NCBI GenBank assembly: GCA_049840735.1
Contig: JASGJN010000017.1
Span: 448,001-512,000 of the forward strand
DNA length: 64,000 nucleotides
Source: Anaeromyxobacter sp.
Lineage (GTDB): Bacteria; Myxococcota; Myxococcia; Myxococcales; Anaeromyxobacteraceae
Direction: 5' to 3'
Shown: positions 34,440 through 45,374 of the stretch, one piece after another
Numbering within the stretch: the stretch's first letter is position 1
Layout of the letters: the number at the start of each line of letters is the position of its first letter
Translations under genes and position numbers: made by a program
Notes under the pieces: model-generated
What the model was told of the DNA's origin: nothing
The model's input: only the letters and a program-made list of their open reading frames with translations
Databases searched by the model: none

Positions 34440-35749
34440 ATGTCTTCCGCCGCCATTCTGGCGCTCGCCCTCGCCGCCCCCGGCCCCCTGGCCCTGCTCC
34501 AGGAGTCGGAGCGGCTCGACCTCCGGCTCACCGGCCAGGTGCGGCTGGTGGCGAACCCGTTCGTCCGCGAGTGGACCATCCTGGTGCCGGCGGGCGGCGC
34601 CCCCACCCTGGCGCGGCAGCTCACCGGCGCGTCCAAGCTCTGCCCGGCCATCGTCCTCTCCGGCCCGGGCGAGGTGGTGCTGCGCTGCACCACCGCCCGC
34701 ATCCGCGCCACGCTGGTCCGCACCCCGGCCGGCTGGGCCCTCGACCTCTCCCGATCACCATCCCGCCCTGGCGCCCCGAGGAGGAGGGGCCGCCCATCGT
34801 CCCCTTCGACCCTGCGGCCGCGCGGCTGGGCGCCTGCCCCGGCACCACCCCCGCCATCCAGGGCGAGTGCGCGCTGCGCGCCGGCGACCTGGAGACGGCG
34901 CGGGCGGAGACCGGCCCCGAGGCCGCGGCCGCCGGGCGCGACGCGCTGGCCGAGCTGCGCCTGGGCAACCTGGCGCTGCGCGACGACGAGCCGGACAAGG
35001 CCAAGGACCACTGGCACCGGGCCCGCAACGAGGTCCCCTGGGCCGCCGGCCGCCTCGCGCCTGTGCGAGCTGGACGCCCGCTGCCTGCGCTCCATGGAGA
35101 TGCCGGCGGTGTTCAACCCGGTCAACGTGGAGCAGGCGTTCCGGGCCAATATGGTGCTGCGCCGGGCCAGGCTGCGCGCCTTCGACGACGACCTGGTCGG
35201 CGCCGCGGTCGCGCTGGTGAGGAGGAAGACTCGCGGGCGGGGCCTGCCTTGCAGGCCGAGGCCTGGTGCCGCCACATCCTGCTGGCCGCGCTGAAGCTCC
35301 CGCCGCCCCGCGGCACGCGCGCCCTGGAGGCCTATCTGGACCTGCCCGGCCGCCGCGGCGGCCCGCTGGCGCTGGAGCTGGTCCGCGCCGCGGCGCGGCA
35401 GGCGGAGCGCGCCGGCGCGCCGGCCTTCGCCGCCAACCTGCTGGCGGCCGCCACCGGCGACGTGCCCGGGCCGGAGCTGGAGGCCCACCTGCTCAAGACC
35501 GCCGAGCTGTTCCTGGCCGGCGACGACGCGGCGCGCGCGGACGAGATCGCCCGGTTCGCCCGCGCCCGCCTGGGCGAGCCCGCGCTGCGGAAGGGCGGCT
35601 GGGTCCCGCTCCGCGCCGCCCTGGCCTCCCCCGCCGCCGGCGCCGGGCCCGAGACGCCCGCGCCCACCCAGGATCCCGATCTCGTCGCCGCGCGCGCCGC
35701 CCTGGACGCCGCGAAGACCCTCCAGCAGGACCGAGGAGCGAAGCCGTGA
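34440..35749 (+). CDS. Exported hypothetical protein with helical/TPR-like C-terminus; several frameshifts
   Basis: MSSAAILALALAA signal-like start; coding-like segments in three frames; stop overlaps the next GTG. Confidence 0.55.
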
Positions 35750-36754
35750 GCACGTACGCCCGCCCGACCCACCCGCCCGCAGAGCCCGTCGCCGCCTGCG
35801 CCGCGATGCAGGACGCGCTGCGCGCCCTCCGCGAGGTGGCCTCCACCCCCACCACCGTGCTGCTGCTGGGCGAGCCCGGCACCGGCCGCACCCACCTGGC
35901 CCGGCTGCTCCACCTCCGCTCCGGGCGCACCGGCCCCTGCGTGATCCTGCGCTGCGACACCGGCGAGGACCCGCTCGAGGACGACCTCCCCGGCGATCGG
36001 CTGGCCGCCGCGGCCGGCGGCACGCTGGTGCTGCGCGAGGTGGGGGCGCTCCACCCGGCCGCGCAGGCCCGCCTGGTGCGCGCGCTCCAGGAGCGCGACG
36101 CCCGCGGCGACCGGAGCCCGGCGCGGATCGTGGCCACCGCCACCACCGACCTGGCCGAGGCGGTGAGGGAGGGGCTGTTCCGCTCCGACCTCTACTACCG
36201 GCTCAACGTGCTGGCCATCACCCTGCCGCCGCTGCGGGCTCGCACCGCCGACCTCGAGCCGCTCGCCGCCGCCTTCGTGGCGGAGGCCGCCGCGGCCCGC
36301 GGCGACGATCGCGCACCCGCGCTCACCCCGGCCGCCCTGGCGGCGATCGCCGCGCACCCGTTCCCCGGGAACGTGCGCGAGCTCCGCGACGTGCTGGCGA
36401 GGGCCGTGGCCCGGGCCCGCGGCGAGCCGCTCCTCCCCTCCCACCTCGGCCTCCCCCCGGGCGCGGCGACGTTCCCCGACCACCTCCCGCTCGAATCTGG
36501 CCGAGCTGGAGCGGCTGGCCATCGAGGAGGCGCTGCGGCGCGTGGGCGGCAACCGCACCCAGGCCGCGAAGCTGCTCAACATCGGCCTGCGCACCCTGCG
36601 CAACAAGCTGGCGGCGTGGCGCGCCGCGGGCGAGGTCGTCCCGGCCCCGCGCACCCGGCCGGAACTGCCGGCGCGCGCGGACCCTGGGGCCGACACGACC
36701 GCCGAGATCCTGGCGCGGTCCTGGGCACGGCGTTCGCAAGAACGTCGGGCATGA
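35746..36754 (+). CDS. Degenerate sigma-54 activator-like AAA+-HTH protein; frameshift near 36495
   Basis: GEPGTGRT, LVLREVG, FRSDLYYRLNV, FPGNVREL, GGNRTQAAKLLNIGLRTLRNKL; GAFTGA absent. Confidence 0.78.
36723..36738 (+). promoter_or_regulatory. sigma-54 promoter upstream of flgB
   Basis: gGGCACGGCGTTCGCa, GG 36724-25, GC 36736-37. Confidence 0.55.
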
Positions 36755-37170
36755 AGCTCTTCGACGCCACGCTCTCGACGCTCCAGCGCAGCCTCGACGT
36801 CCGCCTCTCCCGTCAGTCGGTCCTGGCCGGCAACCTGGCCAACGCCAACACGCCCGACTACGTCCCCCGTGAGCTCGACTTCTCCGCCGCGATGGCCGCG
36901 GCGCTGGACCCGGCCGTGCCGGATCCGGCCGCGGTCGCGCGGCCGGGGGATCTGCCGCTGGGCGCCGCCGCGGCCGCCCCCGGCTCCCCCGAGGCCTTCA
37001 TCACCGCCGCCCCCGGCGCCGCCCCCGGCCTCGACGGCAACGCCGTGGACCTGGACCAGGTGGCCTCCGCCATCGCCGAGAACGGCCTGCAGTACGGCGC
37101 CGCCGCCAAGGCCGCCGCCAAGAAGCTGGCCATCCTCAAGTACGCCGCCTCCGACGGCACCGCCGCCTAG
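36751..37170 (+). CDS. flgB: Flagellar basal-body rod protein FlgB
   Basis: RQSVLAGNLANANTPDY, DGNAVDLD. Confidence 0.92.
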   Translation: MKLFDATLSTLQRSLDVRLSRQSVLAGNLANANTPDYVPRELDFSAAMAAALDPAVPDPAAVARPGDLPLGAAAAAPGSPEAFITAAPGAAPGLDGNAVDLDQVASAIAENGLQYGAAAKAAAKKLAILKYAASDGTAA

Positions 37171-37184
37171 CGCCGGGAGCGACC

Positions 37185-37616
37185 ATGGACTTCCTCTCCG
37201 CCCTCCGCATCAGCTCGACCGGCCTCTCCGCCGAGCGCGTGCGCGTCAACGCGGCGGCCAGCAACCTGGCCAACGCCGAGACCACCCGCGGCCCGGACGG
37301 CAAGCCCTACCAGCGGATCGACCCGGTGCTGGAGGCCGTCCCCTTCGACGCCGCGCTGGGCGCGGCCGGGCCGGAGGACGCCGCCGCCGCCACCGTGCGC
37401 GTGACCGAGCTGTCGCGCGACGAGGGGCCGGGCCGGCGCGTCTACATGCCCACCCACCCCGACGCCGACGCCGACGGGTTCGTGACGCTGCCCAACGTCA
37501 ACCCGGTCCACGAGATCGTGAACCTGATGTCGGCGCAGAAGTCCTACGACGCCAACGCGACGGCGGTCGAGACCCTCAAGACGATGGCGCAGCGCGCCCT
37601 CGACATCACGCGGTGA
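37185..37616 (+). CDS. flgC: Flagellar basal-body rod protein FlgC
   Basis: ISSTGLSAER..NLANAETT, PTHPDADADGFV.LPNVN. Confidence 0.95.
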   Translation: MDFLSALRISSTGLSAERVRVNAAASNLANAETTRGPDGKPYQRIDPVLEAVPFDAALGAAGPEDAAAATVRVTELSRDEGPGRRVYMPTHPDADADGFVTLPNVNPVHEIVNLMSAQKSYDANATAVETLKTMAQRALDITR

Positions 37617-37624
37617 GGTGAACC

Positions 37625-37930
37625 ATGGACGGGATCCGCGGCATCGGCGGCCGAGATCGCCCCATCGAGCCCGGCACCGGCGCGGCCGGCGGCGCGGGCG
37701 CAGCGCGGCCGGCCACGTCGTTCGCCGACACGCTCGGCCAGGCCATCTCCCGCGTGGACGGGCTGCAGCTGCAGGCCGACGGCGAGGCGCAGAAGGTGGC
37801 CATGGGCGAGGGCAACCTCCACGAGGTGGCGCTGGCGCTGGAGAAGGCCGACGTCTCGCTGCGGGTCCTGACCAAGGTCCGCAACAAGATCGTCGAGGCG
37901 TACCAGGAAGTCATGCGGATGAACGTCTGA
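37625..37930 (+). CDS. fliE: Hook-basal body protein FliE
   Basis: VRNKIVEAYQEVMRM. Confidence 0.95.
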   Translation: MDGIRGIGGRDRPIEPGTGAAGGAGAARPATSFADTLGQAISRVDGLQLQADGEAQKVAMGEGNLHEVALALEKADVSLRVLTKVRNKIVEAYQEVMRMNV

Positions 37931-37952
37931 GCGCGAGCCACCGGAGCCTTCG

Positions 37953-39544
37953 ATGGAGCCCCTGCTGAAGCAACTTCGCGAGCTGCCCCGCCTCCTGGGC
38001 GCCCTCCCCGCCGGCCTCAAGCTGGTGCTGGTGGTGGGCGCGCTGGCGGCCATCGGGGTGGGCGCCTGGAGCGCGGTCTCGTCCGCCGAGGCCTACCAGT
38101 ACGCCTTCACGAACCTGACCCCCGAGGACTCGGCCGAGGCGGCCGCCGCGCTCAAGAACGCCGGCGTCCCCTTCCGGCTCGAGGCCGGCGGCTCGGCCCT
38201 GGCCGTCCCGGGCACCAAGGTCTACGACGCGCGGCTCCTGCTGGCCGGCGCCGGCCTGCCGCGCGGCGGCGGGGTGGGCTTCGAGATCTTCGACCGCGGC
38301 GACCTGGGCGTCTCCGAGTTCACGCAGAAGGTGAACCTCCGCCGGGCCACCGAGGGCGAGCTGGCGCGCACCATCTCCCGCCTGGCGCAGGTCCGCACCG
38401 CCCGCGTCCACCTCACGCTCTCCGAGAAGGGCCTGTACCGCGACCAGGACAAGAACGCGGCCGCGGCGGTGGTGGTGAACCTGCAGTCCGGGCGCACGCT
38501 GGGCGAGCGCGAGATTGCCGGCATCCGCCACCTGGTCGCCTCCGCCGTGCCCGGCCTGGCCCCGGCCGCGGTCTCGATCCTCGACGGCCGCGGCGAGGTG
38601 CTCACCAGCGAGGGCGGCCTGGGCGAGGCCGTCTCCTACCAGAAGCGGCTGGAGGCCGACCTGGAGTCGCGCGTGGTGGACCTGCTCGAGCAGGCCGTCG
38701 GCCACGGCTCGGTGGTGGCCCGCATCACCGCGGCCGTGGACGCCTCCGAGGTCCAGACCAGCGCGCAGGTGGTGGATCCGGAGTCGGCCACGGTCCGCAG
38801 CGAGCGGAAGCTGGCCCAGCAGACCTCGGCCGACGGCGGCGGCGGCGGCGGCGTGGCCGGCGCGGCGGCGAACCAGCCGCTCCAGACCGCGGCCACCAGC
38901 AGCTCCAGCCGCGGCCGCAGCCAGTCCACCACCGACGACCAGACCCGCAACTACGAGATCTCCACCACCACCACCACCACCGTGGCCCGGAATCCCCCGG
39001 CTGCAGCGGATCTCGGTGGCCGTGCTGGTGGACGGCGCCGGCGGCAAGCCGCGGCCGGAGGCCGAGCTGGCCCGCCTGGGCGAGCTGGCCAAGCGCGCGG
39101 TCGGCTTCGACGCCGAGCGCGGCGACACCTTCGAGATCTCCTCCTCCCCCTTCGTGAAGGCCGAGGAGGGGCCGGCGGCCGAGGCCCCCGCGCCCTCCTG
39201 GATGGACAAGCCCATCGTCCGCACCGCGCTGATCGGCGTGGGCGCCCTGCTGGCGCTGCTGATCGTGGCCTTCGCGCTGCGCGGCCGCGGCGGCCCGGCC
39301 CGCCGCGAGGAGCTGCCGCTCACCCCGGGCGCCCGCGTGGCCGAGATTCGAGGCCGCGCTGGCCCGCGAGGCCGGCCTGCCGCCCGGCGCCGCCCGCCCG
39401 GCCCTGGCCGACCCCGCCGCCTCGCTGCGCGAGCGCGCCCGCGAGCTGGCCACCAAGGACCCCACCCGCGCCGCCCACATCCTGAAGGCGTGGATGGCGC
39501 AGGAGCAGAACTCCACCGTCAACCGGAGCTCCAACAATGGCTGA
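37953..39544 (+). CDS. fliF: MS-ring protein FliF; frameshifts near 38992 and 39347
   Basis: GFEIFD..LGVSEF, EGELARTI, NYEIS, GFDAERGD, second TM, AAHILKAW; stop overlaps fliG. Confidence 0.9.
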
Positions 39545-40595
39545 CGCCGCCGCCGCCGCACCCGCCGCTGCCGCCCCCGCGCCCATGGTCCTCGACCCCA
39601 TCCCCGGCGTCGGCAGCCAGCGCGCCGCGGCCGTCCTCCTGGGCATCGGCCCCGAGGTCGCCGCCACGGTCTTCAAGATGTTCGGCGAGCAGGAGCTCCG
39701 GCGCATCGCGCTCGGCGCCAAGGAGCTGCGCGCCCGCGGGTCGGCCGCCATCTCCGACGCGCTGGAGGTCTTCTGCTCCAACATGGAGACGGTGGGCGGC
39801 GACGCCGCCGCCGGCGACGACCTGCTGCGCGAGGTGGCGGAGAAGGCGCTCGGCCCGGACATCGCCCGGCGCGCCTTCGACGGCGTGGTCCCGCCCCCGC
39901 CGCCGGACGAGGTGCTGGGCCCGGTCTCGCAGGCCGACCCCGAGGCGCTGGCCATGGTGCTGCAGCGCGAGCAGTCGCAGACCATCGCGCTGGTGCTCTC
40001 CTCCCTCGACTCCTGGCGCGCGGCGGGGGTCATGGATCGCCTGCCGGAGAAGCTCCGCCCGGACGTGCTCCGGCGCATGGCCACCATCGAGTCGGTGGCG
40101 CCGGAGGTCCTCCGCGAGGTGGGCCAGGCCCTCTCCACCGAGCTCAAGGCGCTGGTGGCGGGCGGCATGCGCAAGGTGGACGGCAAGTCCACCGCGCTGG
40201 AGATCCTGCGCCGCACCGCGCCGCAGGCCCAGGGCGTGGTGCTGGCCGAGATCGAGAAGGACGACGCCCAGCTGGCCACCGACCTGCGCGGCAAGCTCTT
40301 CACCTTCGGCGACCTGGTCAACCTGGCCGACCGCGACCTGCAGACGCTGCTCCGCGAGATCGACGCCCAGCGGCTCACCGTCGCCCTCAAGGGCGCCGCC
40401 GCCGACATCCGCCAGAAGTTCCTCCAGAACCTCTCCTCCCGCGCGGCCGAGATGCTCTCCGACGACCTCGCCGCCATGGGGCCCGTCAAGCTCTCCAGCG
40501 TCGAGGCGGCGCAGCAGGACATCGCCAAGACCGCCCAGGAGCTGGCGCAGGCCGGCCGGATCACCATCGTCGGGCCGTCCGAGAAGATGCTCTGA
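39537..40595 (+). CDS. fliG: Motor switch protein FliG
   Basis: AAAVLLGIG, EQSQTIALVLS, LFTFGDL, NLSSRAAEML, GPVKLSSVEAAQ. Confidence 0.95.
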   Translation: MADAAAAAPAAAAPAPMVLDPIPGVGSQRAAAVLLGIGPEVAATVFKMFGEQELRRIALGAKELRARGSAAISDALEVFCSNMETVGGDAAAGDDLLREVAEKALGPDIARRAFDGVVPPPPPDEVLGPVSQADPEALAMVLQREQSQTIALVLSSLDSWRAAGVMDRLPEKLRPDVLRRMATIESVAPEVLREVGQALSTELKALVAGGMRKVDGKSTALEILRRTAPQAQGVVLAEIEKDDAQLATDLRGKLFTFGDLVNLADRDLQTLLREIDAQRLTVALKGAAADIRQKFLQNLSSRAAEMLSDDLAAMGPVKLSSVEAAQQDIAKTAQELAQAGRITIVGPSEKML

Positions 40596-40620
40596 GCGAT
40601 CGACCATGCCGCGTGAACTG

Positions 40621-40801
40621 GATCGTCACGGAGGTACGGGGTGGGGGGCCCCCTGCGAAGCAGGGGGGAGGGGCGCAGCCCCTCGACGCGGGGCAGCCGC
40701 GCGGAGCCGCGAAGCGGCGAGCACGGCGCAGGGCCCCGCGCAGCAGGGGTGGGGCCCCGACGGCTTTGCCGGCGGGGCGGGGGCGCAGCCCCCGTGTGAT
40801 C
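40621..40801. repeat. Palindromic REP/MITE-like element between fliG and fliH
   Basis: Stacked hairpins CCCCCT-GCGAAGC-AGGGGG, GGGGCGCAGCCCC (x2), GCCGCGAAGCGGC; imperfect terminal inverted ends; a related copy lies inverted at 62981-63110. Confidence 0.6.
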
Positions 40802-40880
40802 ATCCTGAACGGCTGTCGCGATTCGCGACACCGACAGGTGCTCGCGAAACGCGAACTGACGTTCAGGAGCCTGAGCCACC

Positions 40881-41499
40881 ATGATCGGCACGCCCCGCCC
40901 CCCCAGCTTCCTCGCCGCCCTCGCCGGCCCCGGCGCCACCGTCCGCCCTGCCTTCGTCCCCGCCGGCACCCCGGCGCCGCCGCGGCCGCCGCAGCGGCTG
41001 CCGCACGGCCAGGTCCAGCAGCCCCCGGAGCCGCCCCCCGGCCCGACCGCCGAGGAGCTCGCCGCCATCCGCGCCGAGGCCATGCAGCAGGTGGCCCACG
41101 GCGTGGAGGTGCTGCGGCTGCAGGCGGAGCGGCTGGCCGAGCAGGCCCGCAGCGACGCCATCGAGATCGGGTTCCAGGTGGCGCGCCGCATCCTGGAGGC
41201 CGAGCTGACCACCTCGCCCCAGGCGCTCTTCGCCCTGGTCCGCTCGGCGCTCAAGCGCGCCGGCGACTCGCGCAGGATCGTGGTCCGCCTCCACCCGGAG
41301 GACGCCGGGCTGGTGACCCCGATCACCGCCGCCGAGGGGACCGGGCTCTCCGCCGCGCTGGTCGAGGTGGCGGGGGATCCCCTCCCTGGAGCCGGGCGAC
41401 GTGGTGGTGGACACCGACTTCGGCAAGGTCGACGGCCGCCTCCGCACCCGCTTCGAGGAGCTGTACCGCGCGGCCACCGCCGAGGAAGGGGTCGCGTAG
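40881..41499 (+). CDS. fliH: Flagellar export protein FliH; frameshift near 41380
   Basis: IVVRLHPED, L.PGDVVVDTDFGKVDGR; position before fliI. Confidence 0.85.
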
Positions 41500-42839
41500 A
41501 TGGCCCTGGTGGATCTCGAGGCGCTCTCGCGCACGCTGGCGGACGCGGACCCGACCCCGCTCACCGGGACCGTGATCCGCGCCACCGGCCTGCTGGTCGA
41601 GGCGCTGCTGCCGCGGGTGCCGGTGGGCACCGCGTGCGAGATCCGCTCCAACGACGGCGCGCTGGTGCAGGCCGAGGTGGTGGGGTTCCAGGGCGGCACC
41701 GCGCAGCTCATGCCGCTCTCGGAGATCCACGGCGTGTCGGAGGGCTGCGACGTGGTCCCCCGCGCCGCCGCCGACCGCATCGCGGTGGGCGACGCGCTGC
41801 TCGGGCGCGTGGTGGACGCCTCGCTCCGGCCGGTGGACGGCGGGCCGCTCCCCATCCTGCGCAACCGCACCGCCCTCCACGCCGTGCCGCCGCCTGCCCT
41901 GCAGCGCCGGCGCGTGGCGGACCCCATCTCGCTGGGCATCCGGGCCATCGACGCCTGCCTCACCGTGGGCGAGGGGCAGCGGATGGCCATCATGGCCGGC
42001 CCGGGCGTGGGCAAGAGCGTCCTGCTGGGCATGCTGGCCCGGTCGGCCAAGGCCGACGTGGTGGTGGTCGGGCTGGTGGGCGAGCGAGGCCGCGAGGTCC
42101 GCGAGTTCATCGAGCGCGACCTGGGCGACGGCCTGGCCCGCTCGGTGGTGGTGGTGGCCACCAGCGACGAGTCTCCGGTGAAGCGGCTGCGCGCCGCCAT
42201 GTCCGCCACCGCCGCGGCGGAGCACTTCCGCGCCCAGGGCAAGAAGGTGCTGCTGCTGGTGGACTCGCTCTCCCGCGTCTGCATGGCCCAGCGCGAGATC
42301 GGCCTGGCCGCCGGCGAGCCGCCCACCACCAAGGGCTACCCGCCGTCCGCCTTCGCCATCCTGCCGCGGCTGGTGGAGCGGGCCGGCAACGACAGCGGCC
42401 GCGGCTCCATCACCGCCTTCTACACGGTGCTGGCGGAGGGGGACGACCACACCGGCGACCCCATCGCCGACGCCGCCCGGGCCACGCTCGACGGCCACAT
42501 CGTCCTGTCGCGCAAGCTGGCCGAGTCGGGCCACTTCCCGGCCATCGACGTGCTGGCCTCGGTTCCCGCGTCATGACCGACATCGTCCCGCCGGCCCACC
42601 GCGAGCTGGCCCGCGAGGCGCGCGAGGTGCTGTCCGCCTACCGCGAGGCCGCTGACCTCATCGAGGTAGGCGCCTACGCGGCCGGCTCGAATCCCAAGGT
42701 GGATCGCGCGCTTCGCTGCATCGAGGGGCTCCGCGCCTTCCTCCGGCAGGAGCCCGCGGAGCGGACCGTGCTGATCGAGACGCTGGCACGCCTCACGCAA
42801 CTGCTGGCCGTGCAGGAGAAGGAGAAGCCACATGCCTGA
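41500..42839 (+). CDS. fliI: Flagellar export ATPase FliI; frameshift near 42565
   Basis: AGPGVGKS, GERGREV, AQREIGL..GEPPTTKGYPPS, HFPAIDVL, SRVM. Confidence 0.93.
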
Positions 42840-43587
42840 CGCGCTGCTGGTCGCCGTGCTGCTCGCCGCCACCGGACCGTCGGTTCCGGCCGCGCCGGGC
42901 GCCAGCGCCCCGCCGGCCGCGCCGGTCGTGGAGGACACGCACGCACCTGCTCCGCCGGAAGCGCAGGCGCCGGCGGCCCCGGCCGCGCCCGTCCCCGAGC
43001 CTCCCAAGGCCTCGGCTGCGACGCCGGCCCCAGGCCCCGCCGCCGACGCGCCGCCCACGCGGGCCCAGACGGCCTCCGCGCTGGGCCGCGCCGAGGCGGC
43101 GTCGCACTCCGGCAACGCCGCCGGCCCCCTGCCCCCGTCGCTCACCAGCCGCTCGCTGGCGGAGGAGCTCAGGCGGCGCGGCAAGGATCGCGACGCGCAG
43201 CAGGAGGCGATCGAGGCCGAGCGCAAGCGGCTCGAGGTGCTGCGGGACGAGATCGCCAGGGCACGCGCCGCGCTGAAGGACGAGACGGCCCGGCTCCAGG
43301 AGCTGGTCGCCGCGGTCGGCGCGTCCGGACAGGGCAGCCGGCCGGTGAAGAAGGGCCCCGGCGGCAAGCCCATCCCTGAGCAGGACGGGATCGGCACGCT
43401 GGCGCAGACCTTCAAGGGAATGAAGCCGGACCAGGCGGCGGCGGTGATGGCCAAGCTCGACCGCGGCCTGGCCGCCGCAGTGCTCGGGCGCATGCGCCCG
43501 GCCGACGCCGCGCTGGTCGTCGAGAAGATGGACGCGGGCACGGGCGCGGAGCTGATGGCGCTCCTCGCGGGGAGGAACCGGTCATGA
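42832..43587 (+). CDS. MotE/FlbB-like flagellar protein (MgtE-N-like C-terminus)
   Basis: Signal/TM, Pro-Ala linker, coiled coil, FKGMKPDQAAAVM...LGRMRPADAA repeats; position between fliI and fliK. Confidence 0.75.
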   Translation: MPDALLVAVLLAATGPSVPAAPGASAPPAAPVVEDTHAPAPPEAQAPAAPAAPVPEPPKASAATPAPGPAADAPPTRAQTASALGRAEAASHSGNAAGPLPPSLTSRSLAEELRRRGKDRDAQQEAIEAERKRLEVLRDEIARARAALKDETARLQELVAAVGASGQGSRPVKKGPGGKPIPEQDGIGTLAQTFKGMKPDQAAAVMAKLDRGLAAAVLGRMRPADAALVVEKMDAGTGAELMALLAGRNRS

Positions 43588-45366
43588 AGGCGCTCCAGCG
43601 CTTGCTGAACGCCGCCAGCCGCGGCCGCACCGACGGTCACTCCGCCCGCCCCGAGGCCGGGGCCGCGGCGACCGGCGCCCTGGCGGCCTTCGAGGCCGTC
43701 CTGGCCCACGCCGCCGGCCTGGAGCAGGCGCAGGCCGAGGCCGCTCCCGTCGCCCCCTCCACCGCCGCGGCCGCCAGGCCGCTGACGCCCGGCGCCCCGA
43801 GGACCACCCGCGCCACGGAAGCCGGCGCGCGCACGCCGACGGGCAGCGCCGCAGCCACGAGGCCCGCGCTCCAGGCCCAGGCACAGCCCCGGGCCGAGGT
43901 CCTGCCCCGGGTCCAGCTCCAGCGCGAGCCCGCCGAGGCGGCCACCGGCGCTGCGCCCGTGCCTGCGGCGCCTGCGGCCCCCGCGCCCGGGGCCACCGGG
44001 GCCGTCCGCGCGCCCACCGCGCCCATGCCCCCCAAGGTCGCTCACGCGTCCACCTCGGCCGCCCCTGCCCCTGCGCCCCGGCGCGAGGCCAAGGCCGGCT
44101 CGGCCCAGCCGCCGCCGGACGAGGGCGCGCCGCAGCCGGCCCCCGCCAGCGCGCTGGCGCAGGCGCAGCAGCTCCAGGCGCAGCAGCTCCAGGCCCAGCA
44201 GGTGCGCCCGCCGGCCCCGGCGGCCCCCGCAGCCCAGCCGCCTGCCGCCACGCGCGCCGCGCCGCGTCCCGACGGCGCCCGGCCGGTGAGCGCCGTGCCG
44301 GCGCGCCGCCCCGAGGTCCCGGCCGCGGCCACTCCCGCGCTGACCCCGGCCGCGCAGCCTGCGGCCCACGCGCCGTCCCAGGCCACCGCTCGGGCGGCTC
44401 GGGCCGCGGCCGCGCCCGCTCCAGCCGCCGCAGCAGCTCCTGCCGCGGCGGCGGCCGCCGCGCAGGCGGTGGACCCGGCCGCCGCCGGCCCCCGCTCCGC
44501 CCGCGCCGCTCCCGAGCGCGCCCACGCCCAGGACGCCGCGCCCGCGCCGGCCCAGCCGCCGCCCGTCACCGCCCGCACCCGGACCTCCGCGCGCGCCGCC
44601 CAGGAGCCCGTCGCAGAGGCGCGCCCCGCCCCGGCGCGTGGCCCGACCGAGCCGGCCGCCGCTCCCGGCAACCACCCTGCCCAGCTGGACGCGCCGGCGC
44701 CGCGGCAGCCCGCCCTGCACCCCACGGCGGCCGCCCACCTCCCGCCGCTGCCCGCTGCCGCCGCCCCGATCGCCAGCGCGCAGCGCCGCGGCGAGGGCGA
44801 GCCCTCCGCGCACCGCGACGGGCGCAAGGCCGAGGCCTCAGCCGCTTCCGCTCCCGCCTTCGCGCCGGCCGCCGCCCAGCCCGCCGCGCCGGTGGCCTCC
44901 GCCGCGCCGGCCGCGCCGGCCGCTCCCGCCGCGCGGGCCGCCCCGCCCGACCACGACCCGGAGGATCCGGTCGTCTCGGGCTCGGTGCTCCCGGCCGCCG
45001 CGCACCTGCGCCTGTCCACCGAGTCGCTGGGCGAGATCGCCCTGCACCTGCGGCTCCAGGACGGCGCGGCCCACGTCCGGGTCGAGACCGACGCCCGCGC
45101 CGCCGTCGAGGCCAGGGTGCCGGAGCTGACCCGGGCGCTGGCCGCCGAGGGGATTCGGGCTGGCGCGCGTCGAGGTCGAGCCGCGCCAGGCCCCCGTCGC
45201 CCCGCACGCCGACGCCCGTCCCGGCGACCGCCAGCAGGCCAGCGCCGACGGGCGCCGGCAGGAGCAGCAGCAGCCCGCGCCGGACGAGGCCCCCGCTGCC
45301 CGCAGCGCCTCCCCCACCGCCCGCGCCGCCCGGCCGCGCCGCAGCGGCCACGACGTCACCGCCTGA
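43584..45366 (+). CDS. fliK: Hook-length control protein FliK; frameshift near 45154
   Basis: Long Ala/Pro-rich region, then AHLRLSTESLGEIALHL...AHVRVE...LTRALAAEG (T3S4 domain); directly before flgD. Confidence 0.75.
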
Positions 45367-45374
45367 GGACCGCC

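Noticed and set aside
43900..44950. Tandem repeats or CRISPR-like array
   Set aside because: Low-complexity Ala/Pro/Gln coding sequence of fliK; no regular repeat-spacer structure anywhere in the window.
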